Shown here: positions 1 through 8,010 of the stretch, piece by piece
How positions within the stretch are numbered: position 1 is the stretch's first letter
Layout of the letters: every line of letters starts with the position of its first letter
Virus record (IMG/VR): IMGVR_UViG_3300045988_146347
Span: 1-17,691 of that record
Origin: a virus
Direction: 5' to 3' (one strand)
Length of the DNA stretch: 17,691 nt
Notes under the pieces: generated by a model
Seen by the model: only the letters and a program-made list of their open reading frames with translations
The model's database searches: none
What the model was told of the DNA's origin: nothing
Program-made: the position numbers and the translations under genes

Positions 1-148
1 AAATATTAAGAATAATTTTTCTATTACTTCACCCCAGCCCCACCCAGAAACGATAGAAGAATTTGGATCATTGCGACAGAAATTTTGAGTAAAAGGTCAA
101 TAAAAAATACATTCAAAATTAAACGATGGATTATGAATAAGAAACGAT
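1..148. repeat. Left inverted terminal repeat (ITR), 148 bp, the exact reverse complement of 17544..17691
   Basis: I compared the first 148 nt with the reverse complement of the last 148 nt. They match perfectly through 'gaaacgat' and diverge at position 149 (ca vs ac). The terminus begins 5'-AAA, as needed for protein-primed sliding-back initiation. Confidence 0.9.
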
Positions 149-205
149 CATTATTTCTATTAAATATGTAATGTAAATTTTTTTCAAAAAATATCGTCAA
201 AACTA

Positions 206-234
206 TTGCAAAAAATTCACACCTATTATATAAT
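206..234 (+). promoter_or_regulatory. Early sigma-A-type promoter: -35 TTGCAA (206-211), 17-nt spacer, -10 TATAAT (229-234). An RBS GGAGGTG (252-258) sits before the GTG start at 266.
   Basis: Near-consensus hexamers at the optimal spacing, immediately outside the ITR and upstream of the first + strand gene. Confidence 0.6.
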
Positions 235-265
235 AAAGTCAAGTTAGAAATGGAGGTGAGATAAA

Positions 266-538
266 GTGACAAATGAAAAAGGTCAAGCCTATACGGAAAT
301 GTTGCAACTATTTAATTTACTTCAACAATGGAATGATTTTTATACATCAGAAAATGCAAATAATTTATTAGTTGCAAGTCAACAATTACTGATCAACTAT
401 AATGAACCTGTATTACAATTTATTAATGATGAAAATGAAGATAAATCATTACTACAATATTTAGCAGGTGATAATGGATTAGATCAATGGCAGTTTTATA
501 AAGGGTTTTATTATAATTACAACGTACACATATTCTAA
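266..538 (+). CDS. Early protein 1: small acidic protein of 90 aa (GTG start), function unknown
   Basis: ORF with a strong SD and the first gene after the early promoter. About 11 acidic versus 3 basic residues, rich in Q/N/L. Confidence 0.6.
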   Translation: MTNEKGQAYTEMLQLFNLLQQWNDFYTSENANNLLVASQQLLINYNEPVLQFINDENEDKSLLQYLAGDNGLDQWQFYKGFYYNYNVHIF

Positions 539-572
539 TTATCTTATTTAATATTATATTCTAAATGGAGGT

Positions 573-794
573 GTGTATATGAATTATATTGATGTTGAAA
601 TTAAGGGTTTTACAATTTACTCAAAAAATGATAGACATGAAGAGTATGACTTTTTTATTCCTAAACAAGATTATAGAATTACTAAACGTGAAATATTACA
701 ACATATTCCAGAAGGTCATACATTATTAGACAGTAAAAGAACTTCAAAAATGATTACAGTTTCATATGATGAATTATTACAAATACAAGTATAA
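573..794 (+). CDS. Early protein 2, hypothetical, 73 aa
   Basis: ORF preceded by a GGAGGTG RBS with 7-nt spacing, in a compact early operon. Confidence 0.55.
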   Translation: MYMNYIDVEIKGFTIYSKNDRHEEYDFFIPKQDYRITKREILQHIPEGHTLLDSKRTSKMITVSYDELLQIQV

Positions 795-808
795 AGGAGA
801 AATTAACA

Positions 809-1330
809 ATGGCAAATGTAAAAGAATTATTAAATAAATATTCAAACGGTGGCGCAAAATTCGAGTATGACAATGAAAAAGAAAGAGATTACATCAAACT
901 AGGTGAATTGGATATGTCAAAAACATACCCTATTGAAGCACTATTTATTAATACCAAAGGTAAATTTGGTGATCAAGGTGTTATTATTAGTGGTAATTAT
1001 ATTGTAAATCTACCTAATCACTTAACAGAAATGATTGAAGATATGAGAAAAGATGAAGAAATGGTTGATGCAATCAATCAACGTTTATTTGATTTTGAAA
1101 TTTATGAATTTGAATCTAAAAAATATAATCGTAAATCACATAGTATTAATTTAGTACCTAGTGAAAAAACAAAACAAGAGGTTGAACCTGAACCTGAACC
1201 TGAGCAACGTAATCCGTTATATCGTGAACCTGAACCTGAATCTGAAAAAAAAGTAGAAAATGAGCGACGTAACCCGTTCGCTCACGCTAATGGTCCAATT
1301 GATATTAGTGATGAAGATATACCATTTTAA
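809..1330 (+). CDS. Early protein with an SSB-like acidic C-terminal tip (…DISDEDIPF-COOH) and tandem PEPEPE…RRNP linker repeats. Possibly an SSB or an SSB-C-terminus mimic.
   Basis: AAGGAGA RBS. The last six residues, DEDIPF, match the bacterial SSB C-terminal consensus D-D-D-[IL]-P-F. Internal direct repeats lie at about 1186..1270 (EPEPEPEQRNPLY / EPEPESE…RRNPFA). The N-terminal 120 aa do not resemble a canonical OB-fold SSB. Confidence 0.55.
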   Translation: MANVKELLNKYSNGGAKFEYDNEKERDYIKLGELDMSKTYPIEALFINTKGKFGDQGVIISGNYIVNLPNHLTEMIEDMRKDEEMVDAINQRLFDFEIYEFESKKYNRKSHSINLVPSEKTKQEVEPEPEPEQRNPLYREPEPESEKKVENERRNPFAHANGPIDISDEDIPF

Positions 1331-1343
1331 ATAAAAATTAAAT

Positions 1344-1366
1344 AAAGGGGCTTTGTCCCCTTTTTT
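1344..1366 (+). terminator. Rho-independent terminator after the SSB-like gene: stem aaagggg/cccctttt, loop ctttgt, T-run 1361-1366
   Basis: A perfect 7-bp GC-containing stem followed by TTTTTT, 14 nt after the stop codon. Confidence 0.6.
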
Positions 1367-1383
1367 ATTATGGAGTGATAAAT

Positions 1384-1593
1384 ATGTTAGCATTTGAAAA
1401 AAGTATTATTGATGTATTAGAAAAAGCCTATGCTATGAATAAAGGATTTGTTGTACTTTGTCAAAGAAGTAAAAAATATTTAAGTCGTACAAAAAAATTT
1501 TTTGATGATATTGAATGTGAGTATATAACAATTACTGATAAAGACGGTACGATTAATATTGTGATTGATGTTAATTCTTATAAAGGGGTTTAG
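1384..1593 (+). CDS. Hypothetical early protein of about 69 aa. The ATG at 1384 is preferred over the GTG at 1375.
   Basis: The RBS GGAGTG (1372-1377) fits the ATG at 1384. The GTG at 1375 lies inside the SD. Confidence 0.5.
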   Translation: MLAFEKSIIDVLEKAYAMNKGFVVLCQRSKKYLSRTKKFFDDIECEYITITDKDGTINIVIDVNSYKGV

Positions 1594-1596
1594 TTT

Positions 1597-1842
1597 ATGT
1601 TTGGTACAATTGTTACAATTGGATTATGTTTATATGGTATAATTGCATTATTAGTGGTTTCAATAGTCAATTATAAAAGGAGTGACTATATGAATTTAAT
1701 TAAAGCCTATTATAATATTGTTAATGCACTCAACGATTATGATTTAACAAAAGAACAAAGAGAAAAATTAGAAAATGCTTTATTTGAAATCACAAGTATT
1801 CTTAATGATTTAGAAAGTGAGGGAAATTATTATGATAATTAA
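1597..1842 (+). CDS. Small membrane protein of 81 aa with an N-terminal transmembrane helix and a helical C-terminus
   Basis: AAGGGG RBS. Residues 1-25 (FGTIVTIGLCLYGIIALLVVSIVNY) are hydrophobic. The C-terminal 50 aa are charged and helical. Confidence 0.55.
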   Translation: MFGTIVTIGLCLYGIIALLVVSIVNYKRSDYMNLIKAYYNIVNALNDYDLTKEQREKLENALFEITSILNDLESEGNYYDN

Positions 1843-2290
1843 ACATCAAATGAAGCTGCATTTGAATGAATTAGTTGACTGGGCATGGAGTCATAATATA
1901 AAAAATAAAAAGTTTCATTCTAATAATGGTTCATATGTAATATTTAATCATGGTGCAGTGGTTGAAACTTATATTATTAATAAAAATGATTTGTTTAATG
2001 TAACTGATGAACAAGAAATTACACTTGATACACCACTTAATTATTTTTTAGAAAAGGATATGTACGGAAATTATCGTGAACATTTTGGAATTGCAATAAG
2101 TGATCTAAAATTTTTAAATACAACAGTTAATATTTGGCTTGTTAATGATGATAATTCACATATACTTATTTATAAAGATGGAAAACTGATTGATGAATAT
2201 ATGTATCATGAATTTGAATATGAAGCAAATCAAAACAAACATATTTATCCACATAATAAAGCTAGTGGCTCGTATCCACATCAAGATTAG
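1832..2290 (+). CDS. Hypothetical early protein of about 152 aa. The ATG at 1832 is preferred, and the ORF is open from 1817.
   Basis: The GAGGG RBS sits 9 nt before the ATG at 1832 and overlaps the upstream stop. Confidence 0.5.
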   Translation: MIIKHQMKLHLNELVDWAWSHNIKNKKFHSNNGSYVIFNHGAVVETYIINKNDLFNVTDEQEITLDTPLNYFLEKDMYGNYREHFGIAISDLKFLNTTVNIWLVNDDNSHILIYKDGKLIDEYMYHEFEYEANQNKHIYPHNKASGSYPHQD

Positions 2291-2301
2291 AGGTGTAGTC
2301 A

Positions 2302-2814
2302 ATGGCAAAAGGTAATAAAGGTAATAAAAGTAATCGCATTGCACGTTCAAATGCTTTTAGAGAATCAACAACAAAAAATCAATCAACATATGAACGTGAT
2401 GGATTTACATTTTTATTTGATGATGAGGAGTTACAAAAAGAATATATACATGAGTATAATTACTTTAATAATTTATTTGTAGAAAAAGGAAAAGTTAAAT
2501 TACCTAAACCAAAAAAGATAGGTTACAATGATGCAAAAAGTTTAGTCAGTGGTAAGAATCAAGAAAAATTGACCAATATAGAAAATGTATATATACAACT
2601 TGACTATGAATGGGAAGAAAAAGGTAATATGCACAAACGTCACCTATTCCAAGAATCAGTCAAAGAAAATGATGGTTCACAAGAAATATCACACTTTATT
2701 AAATCAACGGAAAAGCTATTTGAAGAACTTGCAGAAGCAACGAAAGTAGCAGATATTGTCAATAAAAAACAAGTTAAATATAACGTGGTTTATTACGTCA
2801 GACAGGTAGGTTAA
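2302..2814 (+). CDS. Hypothetical protein of 170 aa with a basic N-terminus (KGNKGNKSNRIARSNAFR). It is a candidate DNA-binding or terminal-protein-like factor, but this is unproven.
   Basis: AGAGGTG RBS. A lysine/arginine-rich N-terminus. It lies in the replication gene block upstream of the ATPase and polymerase. Confidence 0.5.
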   Translation: MAKGNKGNKSNRIARSNAFRESTTKNQSTYERDGFTFLFDDEELQKEYIHEYNYFNNLFVEKGKVKLPKPKKIGYNDAKSLVSGKNQEKLTNIENVYIQLDYEWEEKGNMHKRHLFQESVKENDGSQEISHFIKSTEKLFEELAEATKVADIVNKKQVKYNVVYYVRQVG

Positions 2815-2872
2815 AATATGTTTGAAAACATTCAAGATATTATTGATTATTATTCAAGTAAGGAGGGAAAAC

Positions 2873-4132
2873 ATGAAAAAGTCACGACTGAATGAAGTCA
2901 AAGATTATCAAAACTTTGTAACTAAGTTTAGACGTTCTATTCCAAAGCAATATAACCAAATTGAACTTGCTGATGATTTAATGAATTTAGATATTGATTT
3001 TTTAATTTCCATCTCTAATAGATCAGATGGAAAAACATTCAACTATGTTGCCTTTTTTATGAAGTTAGCGATTGATTTAGACATCAAATTTACGCTACTT
3101 GCTAGACACCATACATTGCGTGATGCTTATAGAGAATTATTAGAACGTATTTGTATCGAACAAAAACATTTTAATGATAATGATTTATTTTTTAGAAACA
3201 CACAAGATTATATAGCTGTTGGTTATGGTGATAAAGAAATAGGTATTATTACACATCTCAATAATGCAACAGATTTAAAATATCATTCCAACTTTATGAA
3301 AAACTTTCCAATTATTATATATGATGAATTTCTAGCTTTGGAAAGTGACTATTTAATTGATGAGTGGGAAAAGTTAAAAACAATTTATGAATCCATAGAC
3401 AGAAACCATGGAAATATTGAGTACATTAAAATACCTAAAATTGTTTTATTAGGAAATGCTGTAAATTTTTCTAGTCCCCTACTTGCTAACTTAAATATTT
3501 ATGAACAGTTACAACATCATTCAAAATTTGCTATGAATACTAAGCGACAATACGGTAATATTATGCTTGAAATGAGGCGTAATGAATTTTCTAATGAGAA
3601 TCGTAATACACGTGCATTTAATACTGATAACGATTCTATGACAACAGGTGAATTTGATTTCAATACTTTTAATTTAGCTGATGATAAATTGAGAGCACAT
3701 ATATCAAGTAATGGAAACTTTTTCTATATCAAAACCCCTTACAATTTTATTAAAGTGATGTATCACTTGAATGACTATCAAACTAATATTAAAGTTGTAC
3801 CCTATGCAGAAAACTATCAATTTTGTACTGATGTATCAGATGTTGAAAAAGGTGCACTATTTTTAAGAGATAGTTTTTATAAGGAAAATCATTCCAAACG
3901 TTATTACAATCCCTCAAATCTTCATTTTGATAACGCTTACAGTAAATCATTTGTATTAAATGAAGATGATTTTATTTATTTAAATATGAATAAAATAATT
4001 AAATATCATTTAAAAGAAGAACGAAATAAAAAAGGATACAAACCTTTTGAACAAAAAGAAAAAATGTATTATGATAATTACATTGAACGTACCAAAAAAA
4101 ATCTAGTCAAATCATTTATAAGCAATGTGTAA
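2873..4132 (+). CDS. DNA encapsidation / packaging ATPase (phi29 gp16-like). The ATG at 2873 is preferred, and the ORF is open from 2822.
   Basis: The AAGGAGGG RBS (2861-2868) serves the ATG at 2873. A Walker A-like SNRSDGKT and a Walker B IIIYDEF are present. The size is typical of picovirus encapsidation proteins. Confidence 0.7.
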   Translation: MKKSRLNEVKDYQNFVTKFRRSIPKQYNQIELADDLMNLDIDFLISISNRSDGKTFNYVAFFMKLAIDLDIKFTLLARHHTLRDAYRELLERICIEQKHFNDNDLFFRNTQDYIAVGYGDKEIGIITHLNNATDLKYHSNFMKNFPIIIYDEFLALESDYLIDEWEKLKTIYESIDRNHGNIEYIKIPKIVLLGNAVNFSSPLLANLNIYEQLQHHSKFAMNTKRQYGNIMLEMRRNEFSNENRNTRAFNTDNDSMTTGEFDFNTFNLADDKLRAHISSNGNFFYIKTPYNFIKVMYHLNDYQTNIKVVPYAENYQFCTDVSDVEKGALFLRDSFYKENHSKRYYNPSNLHFDNAYSKSFVLNEDDFIYLNMNKIIKYHLKEERNKKGYKPFEQKEKMYYDNYIERTKKNLVKSFISNV

Positions 4133-4136
4133 AGTT

Positions 4137-4165
4137 TTTACATATTGCTTTTTATATGGTATAAT
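4137..4165 (+). promoter_or_regulatory. Internal promoter upstream of the polymerase gene: -35 TTTACA (4137-4142), 17-nt spacer, extended -10 TGgTATAAT (4157-4165)
   Basis: A near-consensus extended -10 with good spacing in the 57-bp gap between the ATPase and polymerase genes. Confidence 0.5.
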
Positions 4166-4189
4166 GGATTTTGATTAGAGGTGTAGAAC

Positions 4190-6484
4190 ATGGGATTATT
4201 AGAAGCAATGCAAAAACATAAAGGTCAAAAGCATATGTATCTTTACTGGGATATAGAAACATTAAACTATAATAAAATTGCAGGTAGACAAAAACCTACT
4301 AAATATAAAAACGTGACATACAGTGTTGCAATTGGTTGGTATGATGGACAACATATTGATGTTGAAGTTTTTCCTAGTTTTAAAGCCTTTTATCAATCTT
4401 TTTTTGATTATGCAAAAAGACGTGATACCATTACTAAATCAAAAACAACAATCAACATGATAGCACATAACTGTAACAAATATGATAATCACTTTTTACT
4501 ACATGATACACAACATTTTTTTAGTGATGATCTGATTATTGAAAATCTATATATGAAAAGTGCTGATGATAATTCAAATACAGTTAATATTAATGAAGCA
4601 AAATTATTATCAAAAGAAACAAATGTGATTTTAGAAAAACGTGTTAAATCAAGTATCAATTTAGATTTAATGATGTATTTAAAAGGATTTAAATTTAACA
4701 TTATAGATAATTTTATGAAAACAAATACATCAATCGCTACATTAGGTAAAAAGCTCAAAGACGGTGGCTATATTAGTGAAGATGATTTAAAAACTGATTT
4801 TGACTATGATGTGTTTGATGTAGAACATGATATGACAGATAAACAAGCTTATGATTATGCTTATGAATGTTTTCATCAACTTACAGAATCACAAATGACC
4901 TATATTAGAAACGATGTCATCATATTAGGTATGTGTCATATCCATTATAGTGATATATTTCCCGGATTTGATTATAGTGCTATGACTTTTAGTGTAAATA
5001 TTATGAAAAGCTATATTAATAATGAAACAACACGATTGCAGCTATTAAATAAAAAAGGTAAACAAAAAATATCATATACCGACTTCACGTTCTTTGATAT
5101 GAACTTTTACGATTTTATAAAAGGATTCTATCGTGGTGGATTAAATATGTATAATTCACGTTACCTAGATACAATTATTGATGAGGAATGTTTTTCAATT
5201 GACATTAATAGTAGTTATCCTTATGTGATGTATCATGAAAAGTTGCCTATGTATATATATGATTTTGATGAATTTGAAAAACCAACATCAATAAATGTTG
5301 AGTTAGATAATAGAGATGTTTATTCACTTTATAAAATGGATAAAGTAACTTTCAATCGTACCATATTACGATATATTGAAAGTGATCTAATTAAACAATG
5401 TTTAGTTAAATACTACAATAATGACAAAAAGTTTGTTAATATAAATACAAACACTTTACGCATGATTCGTGATTTAACGGGTATAACTTTTGACAAAATA
5501 AAAGTGTTTGCTTTTGTGTGCTATGAATGTGAATATTTTGGTGCACGTGATATTATTCATCATAATTATTTTATAAAAACACAGGGAAAACTGGATAAAA
5601 AAATCATTATGAATTCACCTTATGATTATAAAATTACAGATGAAGTCAATACACACACCTATTCCAAAGAAGAAATCATGTTAAGTAAAGTTGTTTTAAA
5701 TGGTCTTTATGGTATACCTGCATTACGTTCACATTTTAATTTGTTTAGACGTGATGAAGATGGTTTTATTGTTAATCATGAAAATGGTTACAAAAACAGT
5801 GAACGTAATTTATTATTTTCTACTTTTGTTACGTCACAAGCCCTTTATAATTTACTTGAACCCTTGCAATCATTAACACAATCTGAAATAGATGAATGTT
5901 TTATCTATTGTGATACAGATAGCCTATATTTAAAATCTAAAATAAAACATAAAATCAATAATGATTTATTTGATCCTATTGCATTAGGTAAGTGGGACAT
6001 TGAAAACCACGTTATTAAAAAAATGTATGTACTCAATCATAAAAAGTATGCCTACCAAAAAGAAGATAACACAATTAAAATTGCAAGTGCAGGTATACCT
6101 TTAGACGCGTTTAATAAAAATCAAACATTTGATAATTTTATTAAAAATGATTTTCACCATAAAGCGATTGTGTATAACAACAAATCTATTTATAACGAAC
6201 AAAAAACGATTTCTATTTATCCATCAAAAACATATATAGAAAAAGGTACGCCCTATGATGTTTACTTTACAAAATCACTTGAAGATAGAAAAGAAGATGT
6301 TTTAAAACAAGCAAGACAAGAATATGATGATGTGAATGATGATGATATATTATATATAGAGAGTGAAGTAGGTGCTTTTTCATTTAGTGACTTATTTCCA
6401 TATCAATTTGAAATTAAAAATAAATGTGATATAAACATATTATATATGGTTCATAAAGATATAAAAAATGACGCTACATCATAG
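4190..6484 (+). CDS. Protein-primed family-B DNA polymerase (phi29 gp2-like), 764 aa
   Basis: Exo I YWDIETL, Exo II HNCNKYDNHF, Exo III YIRNDVIIL, motif A DINSSYPYVMY, motif B KVVLNGLYG, motif C YCDTDS, and the KxY motif HKKYAY. Collinear with phi29 polymerase. Confidence 0.93.
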   Translation: MGLLEAMQKHKGQKHMYLYWDIETLNYNKIAGRQKPTKYKNVTYSVAIGWYDGQHIDVEVFPSFKAFYQSFFDYAKRRDTITKSKTTINMIAHNCNKYDNHFLLHDTQHFFSDDLIIENLYMKSADDNSNTVNINEAKLLSKETNVILEKRVKSSINLDLMMYLKGFKFNIIDNFMKTNTSIATLGKKLKDGGYISEDDLKTDFDYDVFDVEHDMTDKQAYDYAYECFHQLTESQMTYIRNDVIILGMCHIHYSDIFPGFDYSAMTFSVNIMKSYINNETTRLQLLNKKGKQKISYTDFTFFDMNFYDFIKGFYRGGLNMYNSRYLDTIIDEECFSIDINSSYPYVMYHEKLPMYIYDFDEFEKPTSINVELDNRDVYSLYKMDKVTFNRTILRYIESDLIKQCLVKYYNNDKKFVNINTNTLRMIRDLTGITFDKIKVFAFVCYECEYFGARDIIHHNYFIKTQGKLDKKIIMNSPYDYKITDEVNTHTYSKEEIMLSKVVLNGLYGIPALRSHFNLFRRDEDGFIVNHENGYKNSERNLLFSTFVTSQALYNLLEPLQSLTQSEIDECFIYCDTDSLYLKSKIKHKINNDLFDPIALGKWDIENHVIKKMYVLNHKKYAYQKEDNTIKIASAGIPLDAFNKNQTFDNFIKNDFHHKAIVYNNKSIYNEQKTISIYPSKTYIEKGTPYDVYFTKSLEDRKEDVLKQARQEYDDVNDDDILYIESEVGAFSFSDLFPYQFEIKNKCDINILYMVHKDIKNDATS

Positions 6485-6497
6485 TAGCGTCTTTTTT
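6463..6497. terminator. Bidirectional rho-independent terminator: A-run 6463-6468, stem gacgctac/gtagcgtc (6470-6477 and 6484-6491), T-run 6492-6497. It serves both convergent operons.
   Basis: A perfect 8-bp stem flanked by A6 upstream and T6 downstream. The polymerase stop codon (6482-6484) lies inside the hairpin. The last - strand gene ends 95 nt away. Confidence 0.65.
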
Positions 6498-6591
6498 ACG
6501 AGGTATAGTGACAAGTATCGTTTGCCATACGGATTATGTTTTGTTGTTTATTTACTAGAATATCTAGCATACTTATATTATAGCATAAAAT

Positions 6592-8010
6592 TTATTTAAT
6601 ACCACTAAAGAACATAATATTATCACCTGCATTTTCAGGAACACCATCAATCAGTGCATATTCAACAACACGACTAGGTGCCCAATAAGGTGGTACGTTA
6701 TAGTTAGCTGTTAAAAATGAACCATCTTTAAATACTGCTACAACAACACCTGTATGTCCAACACCCGGTAACATTGCTTGTAGGTAATTAGGTTTACTAC
6801 TGAATCCATAGCCCACTGTTGGTCGGTGTGTCACACGTGCACCTTGATTACGATATACCACCCAAACACGTTGACCGTTTGTGACTTGATTATCCCATGC
6901 AGGTTGTCTTTTACCCCATATTTGGTGCATATACGCCCATGTCAATTCTGTACATTGTCCTGTGTCACCTGTATTAACAAATGGACTACCTGCTAAATAT
7001 TTTGGATCAAATTTTGGTACTTCAATGGCATCTTTATACTTTTGTGGTAAATTGGAATAAGTCCAGTTACCACCTATTTTTCTTCCACTTTTTCCATTAG
7101 GTGCAACGGATTTACCAGCTTTTCCACCATGATCACCATCACTATCATCAGCACCCGTATCATTTCCACTACCTCCATCAATTCTTGATATTAAGTCTTT
7201 CATTTCATCAAGTAATTTTTGATTCATATTTAAACGATACGTGTTATTATATGTTTTGGTAATAGTGAACATTTGATTTGAAAAAAATTTATCAGTACCA
7301 ATAGAGTGCAAATCCCACTGCATACTGTCTTGTAATTTTTTAAGAAATTCTTCAAAGGCACGTGCCACAACATCAAGCCCACCACTAGGACTACTAGAAC
7401 TACTTGAACCACTACTTGATCCTCCTTTACCGTCTATTTTACCACCCCAACCAAGTATGGTATTTGCTGCGTCTAAAAATGGATTACCGTAAGTTTGAAC
7501 TCTGTTATAACTTGCTTGTAATCCCTCTGGATAATATGCTGCCCATGTTGCAGCAGCAGTTAATGGAATATAGGCACGACCTACTTTTCCATTTTTCATA
7601 TTATGTGAAAAGTCATAATTTCCTTTTCTTTTTACACTAGCAGGAACAAAGTCAACTGGATTTCCTGCATCTATCCAACTTGGCGTACCTGCTTGACGTG
7701 ATTGTGACACAAGTTTACGTGCAACAAATTGTGCATCGGTTAAATAATTGCCCTGTGGTGATGTATGGTTCAACCAACCCCAACTTCCATTATAGCCCTC
7801 ATTTTTTTCATATGCGCTAAATAGGGCAGGTGACACCCCAATGCTTTTAACTGCATTGAGAACCTGCCTAATTTTGCTTGAATCATTACCACACCACGCT
7901 TGAAATCGTCCAATGCCCTTAACTTTAGGTACTAAATCATCAACACTTAATCCAAAATCATCATTTAAATTGGAATGTATAAACTTATCAATTTTTTCTT
8001 TATCGTTCAT
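6592..8010 (-). CDS. Virion/tail-associated peptidoglycan hydrolase (functional analogue of phi29 gp13). It has an N-terminal lysozyme/glucosaminidase-like domain, a Gly/Ser linker (GGSSSGSSSSSSPSGG) and a C-terminal CHAP-like domain (…GQCTELTW… / …GHTGVV…). The ATG at 8010 is preferred.
   Basis: The AAGAGGGTGG RBS sits 5 nt before the ATG at 8010. The GTG at 8034 has no SD. Cys and His residues are spaced as in CHAP domains. It is the last gene of the late operon, next to the holin. Confidence 0.6.
   Translation of the reverse strand: MNDKEKIDKFIHSNLNDDFGLSVDDLVPKVKGIGRFQAWCGNDSSKIRQVLNAVKSIGVSPALFSAYEKNEGYNGSWGWLNHTSPQGNYLTDAQFVARKLVSQSRQAGTPSWIDAGNPVDFVPASVKRKGNYDFSHNMKNGKVGRAYIPLTAAATWAAYYPEGLQASYNRVQTYGNPFLDAANTILGWGGKIDGKGGSSSGSSSSSSPSGGLDVVARAFEEFLKKLQDSMQWDLHSIGTDKFFSNQMFTITKTYNNTYRLNMNQKLLDEMKDLISRIDGGSGNDTGADDSDGDHGGKAGKSVAPNGKSGRKIGGNWTYSNLPQKYKDAIEVPKFDPKYLAGSPFVNTGDTGQCTELTWAYMHQIWGKRQPAWDNQVTNGQRVWVVYRNQGARVTHRPTVGYGFSSKPNYLQAMLPGVGHTGVVVAVFKDGSFLTANYNVPPYWAPSRVVEYALIDGVPENAGDNIMFFSGIK

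Noticed and set aside
32-45. A possible G-quadruplex from the GGGTGGGGCTGGGG motif (complement strand) in the ITR
   Set aside because: There are only three G-runs, so an intramolecular G4 is not supported. It is kept only as a GC-rich recognition-motif note in the ITR finding.
24-272. An 82-aa ORF on the - strand running through the left ITR and early promoter region
   Set aside because: It lies antisense to the promoter and ITR, is hydrophobic low-complexity typical of AT-rich noise, and has no RBS. The region is better explained as non-coding (ITR, promoters and a possible small RNA).
2156-2350. A 64-aa ORF on the - strand overlapping two + strand early genes
   Set aside because: It is antisense to the compact early operon, has a hydrophobic low-complexity composition and no SD.
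2822-2872. The upstream ATG at 2822 as the ATPase start
   Set aside because: The strong AAGGAGGG SD lies downstream of it and correctly spaced for the ATG at 2873. The 17-aa N-terminal extension is hydrophobic and unlikely.
4489-4758. An 89-aa antisense ORF inside the DNA polymerase gene
   Set aside because: It is fully embedded opposite a strongly supported polymerase reading frame and has no RBS. It is an AT-rich chance ORF.
7230-7640. Two short ORFs (60 aa on -, 78 aa on +) inside the tail-tip hydrolase gene
   Set aside because: They sit in alternative frames of a well-supported 472-aa gene. The poly-Ser/Gly linker region naturally lacks stops in other frames.
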